From positions 377,884-441,883 of the forward strand of contig CAVSRG010000002.1 in NCBI GenBank assembly GCA_963730265.1: a DNA stretch of 64,000 nucleotides, in the 5' to 3' direction. The notes beneath the pieces are model-generated. The model saw only the letters and a list, made by a program, of their open reading frames with translations, was not told the origin of the DNA and did no database searches. The position numbers were made by a program, and so were the translations under genes. The stretch's first letter is position 1; every line of letters begins with the position of its first letter. The stretch is from an uncultured Actinomycetota bacterium. Lineage in GTDB: Bacteria > Actinomycetota > Actinomycetes > Streptosporangiales > Streptosporangiaceae. Below are positions 28,139-37,072 of the stretch, in pieces.

Positions 28139-29091
28139 CCGCGGGAGCGGTAAATGTGGCTGGCAATGCCCTCGATGGTGTCGATGCCGTAAGCCTCGCT
28201 CGGATTGCCGGCGGTCAGTACGGCGAGCACGTAATTGCGCCCGTGCCCGTCGATCCAGCCAATGCTGTCGATCTGCCAGTTCGATGGTCCGAGCGGGAGC
28301 CAGCCGTTCTTGAGCGCGATTGTCGTGCCCGGCGGAACACCGCCGGACACGCCCCAGCCCTGGTCGGACTCGATGTTTTCCATCAGGGACAGGCCGTACT
28401 GGCGGGAGGCGCTGGACAGCACCGTGTTCGGGTAGGCGAACCGCGCCACCAGGACGACCTCGTCCAGCGCGGTGGTCGTGGTCAGGCCCCAGCCGGGCCA
28501 CGGCGTGCCGGGGATGAGGGCCAGGGTGGACGGCTGCGTGTCGGTCATGCCCGCCGACCGGTCGAACCGGCCCATGGCACTCGGGCCGCCCACGTCGCGC
28601 AGCAGCGCGGTGGCCGAGTCGTTGTCGCTGTTCTCGATCATCGAGGGCATCAGGCCCGCCTCGGCCGACGGCAGGCTCTGCCCGGATTGCTGCGCTTCTT
28701 GCAGCGCCGTGCCCATGATCTCGACCTTCACGATGCTGGCCGTGTACTCGCGCACGCCGGGGTGGAACAGCCAGACGCGGCGGGTACGCGGGTCGTACAC
28801 GGCCGCGGTCACGTTGCCCGACCGGCTGGCCAGGAACGCCCGCAGGCCGGGGCGGTCGAACGGGGACCGGGCCGGCCTCGCCCGACGGGACCGCGCCGGC
28901 GTGGCCGGCGGAGGACTGCCGGACGCCGCCGGGGTGCTCGACGCTACCGCGGGCCGGGGATGCGCCGCCGCCCGCGCCCGGGCCGTGGCCGCCGGGCTGG
29001 CCGGGCCGCCGGCCGCGCCCAGGCGAGAGCAGCCCATGACGATTAACGAGATTACCGAGAGCGCGGCCAGGCGCCGAAGTTTGTCCCCCAT
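28135..29091 (-). CDS. Class A beta-lactamase-related serine hydrolase, lipoprotein
   Basis: Lies in ORF 28135..29115, with the likely start MGDKLRRL at 29091. It has a lipobox (LIVMGCS), SxxK (ASIVK), SDN (ENSDND) and a KTG-like motif (LKNGW). Confidence 0.75.
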   Translation of the reverse strand: MGDKLRRLAALSVISLIVMGCSRLGAAGGPASPAATARARAAAHPRPAVASSTPAASGSPPPATPARSRRARPARSPFDRPGLRAFLASRSGNVTAAVYDPRTRRVWLFHPGVREYTASIVKVEIMGTALQEAQQSGQSLPSAEAGLMPSMIENSDNDSATALLRDVGGPSAMGRFDRSAGMTDTQPSTLALIPGTPWPGWGLTTTTALDEVVLVARFAYPNTVLSSASRQYGLSLMENIESDQGWGVSGGVPPGTTIALKNGWLPLGPSNWQIDSIGWIDGHGRNYVLAVLTAGNPSEAYGIDTIEGIASHIYRSRG

Positions 29092-29288
29092 TCGCACGCC
29101 TCTATTAAACGCCATTTGGCCAAACAGATCAGCAACTATCTTGCTCTAGCGTCCTATCCGATCATCCTATATCGCGGCCAGAATGTGGCAGCAGATGATG
29201 ATTATTCCGGCATTTGCCGCGAGTCGGCGCCACGCCCGGCCGACCCGAGTCGCGGCCACGATGGCCCGGCCATCCCTAGGCTGGGCAG

Positions 29289-29690
29289 ATGGACTGGAAA
29301 CTGGAAGTAGTAGTCGTGCCCGTCACCGACGTCGAGCGGGCCAAGAGCTTCTACATCGATCGCCTCGGCTTCCGGCTGGATGCCGACACTCAGCCCACTC
29401 CGGCCATGCGGGTGGTGCACATGACCCCGCCGGGTTCGGGGTGCTCGCTGGTCATCGGGCCCAAGGTCGTCCCGGCCGGCACCGACCTCGGGGCGTCGGC
29501 CAGCCTCCAGCTCGTGGTCAGCGACATCGAGGCGGCCCGCGCCCATCTGACTGACCGCGGCGTACCCGTCTCCGACGTTCAGGTCCTGGACCCCCGCGAC
29601 GGCGGCAAGTACCTCTTCTTCGCCGATCCCGACGGCAATAACTGGGCCATCCAGGAGGTCCGCGAGTACGTCGGCGCCACGCTCGGCTAG
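29289..29690 (+). CDS. VOC (glyoxalase) family protein
   Basis: 133-aa ORF reading [24 protein letters not shown]...[15 protein letters not shown]. Confidence 0.8.
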   Translation: MDWKLEVVVVPVTDVERAKSFYIDRLGFRLDADTQPTPAMRVVHMTPPGSGCSLVIGPKVVPAGTDLGASASLQLVVSDIEAARAHLTDRGVPVSDVQVLDPRDGGKYLFFADPDGNNWAIQEVREYVGATLG

Positions 29691-30208
29691 CGGCGCAGGC
29701 TGGCCCCAGCGCCCGCCCGGTCTAGAGACGCGCCCTGACGGGCCTCCTGCGACCCCTGCACGGCCAGCGCGTCGGCCCGCTCGTTCTCGGGGTGACCGGC
29801 GTGGCCCTTGACCCAGAACCACTGCACGTCGTGCCGCTGGGCGGCCGTGTCCAGGCGCCGCCACAAGTCGGCGTTCTTGACCGGCTTCTTGTCGGTGGTC
29901 ACCCAGCCATTGCGCTTCCAGCCGACCAGCCACTTGGTGATGCCCTGGCGCAGGTACTGACTGTCGGTGTACACGTGCACGCTGGAAGGCCGGGTCAGGC
30001 TCTCCAGGCCCTGAATGGCGGCGGTCATCTCCATGCGGTTGTTCGTGGTGGCCGGGTCGCCGCCGTGGATCTCCCTGGTATGACGGCCGTAGCGCAGGAT
30101 GGCGCCCCAGCCGCCGGGACCGGGATTGGGCGAGCACGCGCCATCGGTGAAGATCTCGACCAGCTCATCGGGGGCTGTCCTATCCGGCGCTGTCCCAGCC
30201 TGTGCCAT
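29687..30208 (-). CDS. rnhA: Ribonuclease HI
   Basis: Lies in ORF 29687..30247, with the likely start MAQAGT at 30208. RNase H motifs: [54 protein letters not shown]. Confidence 0.9.
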   Translation of the reverse strand: MAQAGTAPDRTAPDELVEIFTDGACSPNPGPGGWGAILRYGRHTREIHGGDPATTNNRMEMTAAIQGLESLTRPSSVHVYTDSQYLRQGITKWLVGWKRNGWVTTDKKPVKNADLWRRLDTAAQRHDVQWFWVKGHAGHPENERADALAVQGSQEARQGASLDRAGAGASLRR

Positions 30209-30349
30209 GCGGTCCTCCGTTCCGGGGCGTACGACAGTATCCGGCATCCGCCCGCCGCCGTTCCGGGATCTCCGCCGGCCCGGCAGTAACGCTGGGAGGT
30301 CTTACGGTGTTCTGTAGGGTAAAAGCCCCTCACGCCGGGAGGATGCGGA

Positions 30350-31171
30350 ATGTCGGGAGACCTGGGCTTAGCAGACGCGGGAAATGGCGGGCCGCCGGCC
30401 ATCGATACGAGCGTGGCCCACATCGCGCGGGTCTACAACTACTGGCTGGGCGGTACGACGAACTACCCCGCCGACCGCGAGGCGGCCCAGCAGGCCATGG
30501 CCGCCTACCCGGACCTGGCCCTGTCGGCCCGGGCCAACCGGGCCTTCCTGGCCCGGACGGTGCGCTGGCTGGCCGGCCAGGGCATCCGGCAGTTCCTCGA
30601 CATCGGCACCGGCATCCCGGTCAAGAACAACACCCACGAGGTCGCTCAGGCCATCGCGCCGGACAGCCGGGTGGTCTACGCCGACCACGACCCGATCGTG
30701 CTGGCCCACGCCCGGTCCCTGCTCACCAGCAGCGCGGCGGGCGCCACCGACTACCTGGACGCGGACCTGCGCGAGCCCGGCAAGATCCTCACCGCGGCGG
30801 CCCGGACCCTGGACCTCAGCCAGCCGGTGGCGATCGTGCTGATGGCGGTGCTGCAGTTCATCGTCGACGAGGAGCAGCCGGTTGACATCGTGGCCGAGCT
30901 GCTGGACGCCGTGCCGAGCGGTAGCTACCTGGTGGTGTCGCACCCGGCCAGCGACATCGACGCCGCCGCCATGCGCGAGCTGGCCAAGCGGCTCAACCGG
31001 CTGATGGTCCAGCGGGTCGCGCTGCGCAGCCGGGCCGAGGTGACGCGGTTCTTTGACGGCCAGTCCCTGATAGAGCCGGGCGTGGTCCGGATCCCCGAGT
31101 GGCGGCCCGACGCTCCGGCCGACCGGGGCATTCCGTCCACGATGTGGGGTGGCGTGGGACGCAAGCCCTGA
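30350..31171 (+). CDS. SAM-dependent methyltransferase, DUF574 family
   Basis: 273-aa ORF with IARVYNYWLGGTTNY, FLDIGTGIP, VVYADHDP, VLMAVLQF and C-terminal WGGVGRKP. Confidence 0.9.
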   Translation: MSGDLGLADAGNGGPPAIDTSVAHIARVYNYWLGGTTNYPADREAAQQAMAAYPDLALSARANRAFLARTVRWLAGQGIRQFLDIGTGIPVKNNTHEVAQAIAPDSRVVYADHDPIVLAHARSLLTSSAAGATDYLDADLREPGKILTAAARTLDLSQPVAIVLMAVLQFIVDEEQPVDIVAELLDAVPSGSYLVVSHPASDIDAAAMRELAKRLNRLMVQRVALRSRAEVTRFFDGQSLIEPGVVRIPEWRPDAPADRGIPSTMWGGVGRKP

Positions 31172-31190
31172 CCGCGAGTACAACTGGGGA

Positions 31191-32063
31191 GTGCCCGAGC
31201 TTCCCGAGGTTGAGACCGCCCGCCGGGTGATCGCCGATCAGGCGCTGCACCGGCGGATCGCAGACGTGAACGACACCGATACGTACATCTCCCGGCCACA
31301 CGCGCCGGGCCAGATCAAGGCGGCGCTGGCCGGGCGCTCGCTGACCGCGGCCCACCGGCGCGGCAAGACGATGTGGCTCGAGACCTCCGGCGCGGACGGG
31401 TCGCCGGCGCCCGGCCCGGACCTGGGCATCCACCTGGGCATGAGCGGCAGCATCATCGTCGTCACCGGCGGCCAGGCGGCCGAGGGCGGCGAGCCGCACT
31501 GGCAGGGAACCTGGCCCCGCAACCCGCGGTGGGAGCGGTTCTCGCTGGAGTTCGCCGACGGCGGGCGACTGGTGCTGTCCGACCCCCGCCGCCTGGGGCG
31601 GGTCCGGCTGAACCCGGACATCGACACGCTCGGCCCGGACGCGCTGACGGTCAGCCGGGAGGAGTTCCGGAAGCTGATCATGAAGGGCCGGATCGCGGTC
31701 AAGGCCCGCCTGCTGGACCAGTCCAGGATCGCCGGGGTGGGGAACCTGCTCGCCGACGAGGCGTTGTGGCAGGCCAAGCTGTCGCCGAGCGCGCCGGTGG
31801 ACAGCCTGACCGCCGCCCGGGTCGACCGGCTCTACGCGGCGTTGCGGTCGACCCTGGAGGCGGCCATCGCCAGCGGCGGCGCACACACCGGCGATGTGAT
31901 CTCCGCCCGGCACCCCGGCGGCCGGTGCCCGCGCTGCGGGGCCGAGATGCGCCACAGCGTGGTCGGCGGCCGGTCGACGTGGTGGTGCTCGCGCGAGCAG
32001 GCACTACGCCGACCGGCCCGACCCCGCTCGGCGGTGCGGAAGGCCGCGGTTCGAAAGGCCTAG
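31191..32063 (+). CDS. Fpg/Nei family DNA glycosylase / AP lyase
   Basis: Lies in ORF 31149..32063. GTG 31191 gives (M)PELPEVETARR, with the catalytic N-terminal Pro. It has an H2TH region (LLDQSRIAGVGNLLADEALW) and a C-terminal zinc finger (CPRCG...WWC). Confidence 0.85.
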   Translation: MPELPEVETARRVIADQALHRRIADVNDTDTYISRPHAPGQIKAALAGRSLTAAHRRGKTMWLETSGADGSPAPGPDLGIHLGMSGSIIVVTGGQAAEGGEPHWQGTWPRNPRWERFSLEFADGGRLVLSDPRRLGRVRLNPDIDTLGPDALTVSREEFRKLIMKGRIAVKARLLDQSRIAGVGNLLADEALWQAKLSPSAPVDSLTAARVDRLYAALRSTLEAAIASGGAHTGDVISARHPGGRCPRCGAEMRHSVVGGRSTWWCSREQALRRPARPRSAVRKAAVRKA

Positions 32064-32842
32064 GCCGCCGGGGCGCTCTTGATCACCGAGAACAGCGCGC
32101 CCGCCGGGTCGGCGAACGCCGCCATCCGGCCCACGCCCTCCAGGTCCATGGCCGGGGCGATCACCGTGCCGCCGTGCTCGGTCACCCTGGCCACCACCGC
32201 GTCGGGGTCGGCCACCTCAAAGTACGGCAGCCACCGGCTGCCTCCCGCGGCCATCTCGGGTACCAGCCCCATGATCCCGCCCTGGCTGGTCTCCTGGCCG
32301 CCGCCGGCCGGGGTGACGACCGTGTAGGTGAAGTCGCCCATCGGCATGTCCTGGCTGCCCCAGCCGAACACCGACTGGTAGAACGCCTTGGCCCCGGCCG
32401 GGTCGGTGGTGTGCAGCTCGGTCCAGCACAGCGTGTTCGGGTCGGTGACGGCGTCCAGGCCCACGGTGTCCCCCGGCTGCCAGACGGCGAAGTCCGCCCC
32501 CGACGGGTCGGAGAACTGGGCCATCCGCCCGGCCGTGAACACGTCCATGGGCGCGGCGCGCACCGCGCCGCCGGCCCGGGTGACCGCGTCGGCCGCCGCG
32601 TTGGCGTCCGGCGTGTTGAAGTACAGCGTCCAGGCCGCAGGCGAGGCCGGGTCGCCCATGGGGCCGACCGCCCCGACGGTCTTGCCGCCCATCGTGAACA
32701 TGCCGTAGCCGCCCGCGTCCGGGCCGGCGGACTGGAACTCCCAGCCGAAGACCGGCGCGTAGAAGGCCACGGCCGCGTCGACATCCGGGGTGCCCAGATC
32801 GACCCAGTTGGGTGCGCCGGGCACGTAGTTGGTAGTGAGCAT
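32060..32842 (-). CDS. VOC family protein, two-domain
   Basis: Lies in ORF 32060..32917, with MLTTNYVPGAPNWVDLGT starting at 32842. It has two glyoxalase-like halves (FYAPVFGWEF... and FYQSVFGWGS...). Confidence 0.8.
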   Translation of the reverse strand: MLTTNYVPGAPNWVDLGTPDVDAAVAFYAPVFGWEFQSAGPDAGGYGMFTMGGKTVGAVGPMGDPASPAAWTLYFNTPDANAAADAVTRAGGAVRAAPMDVFTAGRMAQFSDPSGADFAVWQPGDTVGLDAVTDPNTLCWTELHTTDPAGAKAFYQSVFGWGSQDMPMGDFTYTVVTPAGGGQETSQGGIMGLVPEMAAGGSRWLPYFEVADPDAVVARVTEHGGTVIAPAMDLEGVGRMAAFADPAGALFSVIKSAPAA

Positions 32843-33044
32843 GGTGTTCCCTCCCGTAGCTGACGTGACGAAGCCCGCCGCCGCCCCCGGCCGTGGCTCC
32901 GCGGTAAACCCCAGCATGGCACCGCCCGCCGACAGCCCAGCGGCAATCCAGCGGTCAGCCGAGGAGCACTCAGGCCGAAAGCGGCGCGAAGGCCAGCAAA
33001 CCCTTGTTATGGCTCCGGCGCATCATCGGCGGGCCCAGGGCGGT

Positions 33045-34237
33045 CTACAGGCCGGCGCCCACCGGGTTGACGATGTCGGCCAGGATCAGCACCAGGCTGA
33101 ACGCCACCAGGACCGCGAAGACGGCCAGGCTGACCGGGACCAGCCGGCTCAGGTCGGCCAGGCCGGGGTCGGCCCGGCCGCGCAGCCGGGCCAGCCACGC
33201 GCGCAGCCGCTCGAAGCCGATGACGATCAGGTGGCCGCCGTCCAGCGGGAGCAGCGGCAGCAGGTTGAACGCGCCCAGGAAGATGTTCAGCGAGGCGATG
33301 ATCAGCAGCACGTAGGCCGTCTTGAGCTGCCAGCCCACGTGTGCGGAGACCACCGAGCTGGTCACCTCGCCCGCGCCGACCAGGCTAGTCAGCTGGCCGC
33401 CGGCGGTGTGGGCCCGGTTCGCGGCGAACAGGTCGGGAATGGCGGCCGGAATGGACTCCACCACCCGGGCCGAGCCGACCAGGATCCCCAGAACGTCCGG
33501 CCCGCGTACTCGGCCGCGCCGACCGGGCCGACGGCCTGGAACACCGCCGTCGGCGAGACGCCCAGGTAGCCGCCGGGGCGCCCCGCGACGGTGGCCAGCA
33601 CCGCGTGCAGGGTCACCCGCCGGCCACCGCGCAGGACCTGGATCGACACCGCGCGGCCAGCCGGGGCCCGCTGGATGGCCCGGCTCAGCTGGGTCCAGGT
33701 GTGCACCGCTCGGCCGTCAAACGCCACGACCTGGTCCCCGGCCCTGAGCCCGGCCCGCTGCGCCGGGGAGGCCGCGGCTCCCGCGGCGCACGTCCCGTGG
33801 TCCAGCGCCCTGGCGCTGGCCGGCACGCAGCGGCCGATCGCCCCGAGCTGCGCGGTGTTGTCATTCTCCAGGCCGACGCCCAGGGCCAGGCCCGCCAGCA
33901 GCGCGAAGGCCAGCACGAACTGCATGATCGAGCCGCCGGCCATGACCACCGCCCGCTGCCAGCGCGGCTGGCGGCGCATGGAGCGCGGCTCGTCGGCCGG
34001 GTCCACCTCGTCCAGCGAGGTCATCCCGACCACCTTGACGAAGGCGCCGAACGGGATGGCCTTGACGCCGTACTCGGTCTCGCCGCGCCGCATCGACCAC
34101 ACCGTCGGCCCGATGCCGATGAAGAACCGCGTCGCCTTCATCCCGAACGCCTTGGCGGTCAGGAAGTGCCCGGCCTCGTGCACGCTCAGTGAGATCGCTA
34201 CCGCCAGGACGAAGATGCCCCAGCCCAGTACGCTCAT
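33045..34237 (-). pseudogene. Site-2 protease (M50, RseP/Rip1-like, with PDZ domain), frameshifted
   Basis: ORF 33389..34237 carries HEAGHFLTAKAFG (HExxH) and a PDZ-like region. ORF 33045..33464 carries NIFLGAFNLLPLLPLDGGH (the LDG motif). The two frames join if one G is added to the minus-strand G4 run (plus-strand CCCC 33486-33489), giving FWGILVGSARVVESIP. Confidence 0.85.
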
Positions 34238-34298
34238 CAGTTGCCTCCCAGTGCCGCCTTCGACAATACAAACGCGCCGAGGGCCGCCGTCCTGCCAT

Positions 34299-34625
34299 TC
34301 AGGGGATGTGCAGCCAGCGCAGCAGTGCCGTGCAGGCGGCCGCGGCCAGCACGACCACGAAGAACGGTGCCCCGCGGGCCGCGAGCACCCCGCCCGTCAC
34401 CACCCCGGCCGGCCGGGCGACCCCGGCGAAGCCGTGCCCGGAGGTCAGCCCGGTGATCACGACCAGCGCGGCCAGCACCACCACCGCCGCGGTCTCCAGC
34501 AGCGCCACCACCCGGGGCGAGAACTCGATCCTGGCCCGCAGCAACGGGCCGGCCAGCCGGATCGCGAACGTGCCGCCGGCCAGGACCGCGATGGCCACGA
34601 CCAGGCCGACCGTGCTGCCGGTCAT
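34299..34625 (-). CDS. azlD: AzlD family branched-chain amino acid transport protein
   Basis: 108-aa hydrophobic ORF (AIRLAGPLL...). It lies immediately downstream of azlC, with an ATGA overlap once the azlC reading is restored. Confidence 0.8.
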   Translation of the reverse strand: MTGSTVGLVVAIAVLAGGTFAIRLAGPLLRARIEFSPRVVALLETAAVVVLAALVVITGLTSGHGFAGVARPAGVVTGGVLAARGAPFFVVVLAAAACTALLRWLHIP

Positions 34626-35310
34626 GCCGCCACCCGCCGTCGCGCGGTCAGCGCCAGGCCGCCCAGCGCCAGCATCTCGGGCAGCCCCGGCGGCAGGAAC
34701 GGCGCGGTGGCCAGCGCGATGGCCGCCCCCGCGATGGCGGCGTGCCGCACACCGCGATCGCCGGCATCTTCCCGCGCAGCGCCGGGAGGATCAGGGCCAG
34801 GATCGCGGCCGGGAACATCGCGTCCAGGCCCAGCGCGTCGGGGTTGCGCAGCGCGCCGCCCGCCAGCGCCCCGGCCAGCGCGCCCGCCGGCCAGCAGACC
34901 AGGAGCCCGGCGCCGGACAGCCAGTAGGCGGCCCGCCGGCGGGCCGGGTCGCCCTGGGCCAGGGCCAGGACCACGCTCTCGTCGTTCATCAGGTGCGTCC
35001 CGGCCAGCCGGCGCCAGCCCGACCCGACCACGTCGGAGACGGCCAGCCCGTAGGTGATGTGCCGCGCGTTGACCAGCAGCCCGGCCAGCACCGCCGCCAC
35101 CGGGCTGCCGCCCGCCGCGATGATGCCGACGAACAGGAACTCCGACGAGCCCGCCAGCACCAGCACCGCCGTTGCCACCGGCACCCAGAGCGGGAACCCC
35201 GAGGTCACGGCGACCGCGCCATAGGACACCCCGATGACGGCCACGGACAGCCAGATGACCGCGATGCCGCGGATCACGTTGCGATCCAGTGTTCTCCACA
35301 TCGAACGCAT
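34622..35310 (-). pseudogene. azlC: AzlC family amino acid exporter permease, 1-nt frameshift near the 3' end
   Basis: ORF 34648..35310 has AzlC-like text (VSYGAVAVTSGFPLWVPVATAVLVLAGSSEFLFVG...NARHITYGL). After LILPALRG it turns Arg/Cys-rich. The family-like end (AAIAGAAIALATAPFLPPGLP...) is in the frame of ORF 34622..35386. The frames join at plus-strand CCC 34771-34773. Confidence 0.8.
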
Positions 35311-35376
35311 GGACGTTATAGTGGAACGACGACCCGGCGTTCGTCAAGGCGAACGTATGGACGATGGAGCGAACAG

Positions 35377-35946
35377 ATGACGACACCAGGGGCGCAAGCC
35401 CGGGCCTCCATGGAGGTGATCGCGGCGTCGCTGCGCCGTGAGCGGCGCCGTACCGGCCTCAGCCTGAGCGAGCTCGCCCGGAAAGCCGACCTGTCCAAGT
35501 CCACGCTGTCCCAGCTCGAGGCGGGCATCGGCAACCCCAGCCTGGAGACCCTGTGGGCGCTGTGCATCGCGCTGGACGCGCCGTTCTCCCGGCTGGTCGA
35601 CCCGCCCGCACCGCGGCCCCGGCTGATCCGGGCCGGCGAGGGGCCGGCCGTGGCCTCGTCCCAGGCCGAGTACCGGGCCACCCTGCTGGCCGCGTGCCCG
35701 CCCGGAGCCCGGCCGGAAATCTACTTCATCGCCGCCGAGCCCGGCCGCCAGCGCACCTCCGAGCCGCACCAGCCCGGCGTGGTCGAGCACGTCGTGCTCA
35801 GCACCGGCCGGGCCCTGGTCGGCCTGGCCGATGAGCCGCTCGAGCTCAGCCCGGGCGACTACACCGCCTACCCGGCCGACGTGCCGCACCTGTTCCGGGC
35901 CCTGGAGCCTGGTACTACCGCCGTCCTGATCAGCGAGAATGCCTAG
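35377..35946 (+). CDS. XRE family HTH regulator with C-terminal cupin domain
   Basis: This is the C-terminal part of ORF 34189..35946, with ATG 35377 giving MTTPGAQ. HTH_3 region: LRRERRRTGLSLSELARKADLSKSTLSQLEAG. The cupin region includes GDYTAYPADVPH. It is divergent from azlCD. Confidence 0.85.
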   Translation: MTTPGAQARASMEVIAASLRRERRRTGLSLSELARKADLSKSTLSQLEAGIGNPSLETLWALCIALDAPFSRLVDPPAPRPRLIRAGEGPAVASSQAEYRATLLAACPPGARPEIYFIAAEPGRQRTSEPHQPGVVEHVVLSTGRALVGLADEPLELSPGDYTAYPADVPHLFRALEPGTTAVLISENA

Positions 35947-36458
35947 CGGTCAAGGGCCAGGATCAGCCGCCGCAGCCCGTTCTCCAGCGCGGTGACCTCT
36001 TCGTCGTCCAGCGGCGCGATCAGCCGGGCCAGGGTCGCCGCGTGCTCGGTCAGCGTGGCGTCGATCAGCGCCCGGCCGGTTTCGGTCAGCGTGATGCGCA
36101 GGCTCCGGCGGTCCGCCGGGTCCAGGCGCCGCTCGATCCAGCCCATCCGCTCCAGCCGGTCCAGCCGGGAGGTCATCCCGGCCCGCGACATCATCAGCTG
36201 ATCCGAGAGCTGCGAGGGCTTGCACGGCGCCCCGGCCCGGCGCAGCGCTGTCAGCACGTCGAACTCGCCCGCGCCGAGCCCGTGCCGGGCCAGCACCGCC
36301 TCGACCGGCGGCCCGAGCAGCCCGGCCAGCTGGCCGATCCGCCCGAGTACCCCGATCGGCGACAGGTCCAGGTCGGGCCGCTCGCGGCGCCATTGCTCCA
36401 GGATCATGTCCATCTGATCCCGCGGACCCTCGTCCCGCTCATCCGCCCGGCTCGCCAT
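35943..36458 (-). CDS. MarR family transcriptional regulator
   Basis: Lies in ORF 35943..36662, with MASRADE starting at 36458. It reads GEFDVLTALRRAG...PSQLSDQLMMSRAGMTSRLDRLERMGWIERRLDPADRRSLRITLT. Confidence 0.85.
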   Translation of the reverse strand: MASRADERDEGPRDQMDMILEQWRRERPDLDLSPIGVLGRIGQLAGLLGPPVEAVLARHGLGAGEFDVLTALRRAGAPCKPSQLSDQLMMSRAGMTSRLDRLERMGWIERRLDPADRRSLRITLTETGRALIDATLTEHAATLARLIAPLDDEEVTALENGLRRLILALDR

Positions 36459-36534
36459 GTGCCAGATTCTAGTTTGCTTGAAAATAATTCGCTGACGTAC
36501 TATCAGACCACGAACTAGTTGCTGGGAGGCACCG

Positions 36535-37017
36535 ATGGAGGAGGCACAGATGACCGTGCCAGCGCTGGTCCGGGCCGCGGACGCCGAGGAACTCGGCGGC
36601 GGGCCGTCCCGGATCACCCTGCTCGCCGACTTCGCCACCACCGATGGCGCCGTCAGCGCCAACCGGACCCGGCTCGGCCCCGGCGCCGGCGGGCCGCCGC
36701 CGCACTACCACCGCGACTCGGCCGAGATCTTCTTCGTCCTGGGCGGGGCGCTCCGGGCCCTGGCCGGCAACCAGGTCATCACCCTGGCCCAGGGCGACTT
36801 CATGGCCGTGCCGCGGCTGATGCCGCACGCGTTCGCCGCGACGCCGGACACCGGGGCCGACGTGCTGATCACCTTCGCGCCCGCCGCGCGGGATCGCTTC
36901 GGGTACTTCCGGCTGGTCGACCGGGTCATCAAGGGCCAGGCCAGCCCGCAGGAGATTCTCGACAGCCAGGATCGCTTCGACAACCACTTCGTGGACGTCG
37001 CGGCCTGGACTTGCTGA
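36535..37017 (+). CDS. Cupin domain protein
   Basis: 160-aa ORF with cupin metal motifs PPPHYHRDSAEIFFVLGG and GDFMAVPRLMPHAF. It is divergent from the MarR gene. Confidence 0.75.
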   Translation: MEEAQMTVPALVRAADAEELGGGPSRITLLADFATTDGAVSANRTRLGPGAGGPPPHYHRDSAEIFFVLGGALRALAGNQVITLAQGDFMAVPRLMPHAFAATPDTGADVLITFAPAARDRFGYFRLVDRVIKGQASPQEILDSQDRFDNHFVDVAAWTC

Positions 37018-37057
37018 TCGCTCAGTAAGTTCATAGGATCACACTTACTGAGCGATC
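37016..37057. terminator. 15-bp perfect inverted repeat (hairpin or operator) between the cupin and MFS genes
   Basis: GATCGCTCAGTAAGT (37016-37030), 12-nt spacer, then ACTTACTGAGCGATC (37043-37057). It begins inside the cupin stop codon and ends 3 nt before the AGGAGG RBS of the MFS gene. There is no U-tract. Confidence 0.4.
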
Positions 37058-37072
37058 AGTAGGAGGATCCTC

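Noticed and set aside
34189-35376. The N-terminal ~400 codons of the 585-aa ORF 34189..35946.
   Set aside because: This part is antisense to azlC/azlD and the site-2 protease start, with an Arg/Pro/Ala-rich translation. Only the last 189 codons (XRE-cupin, from ATG 35377) have family motifs.
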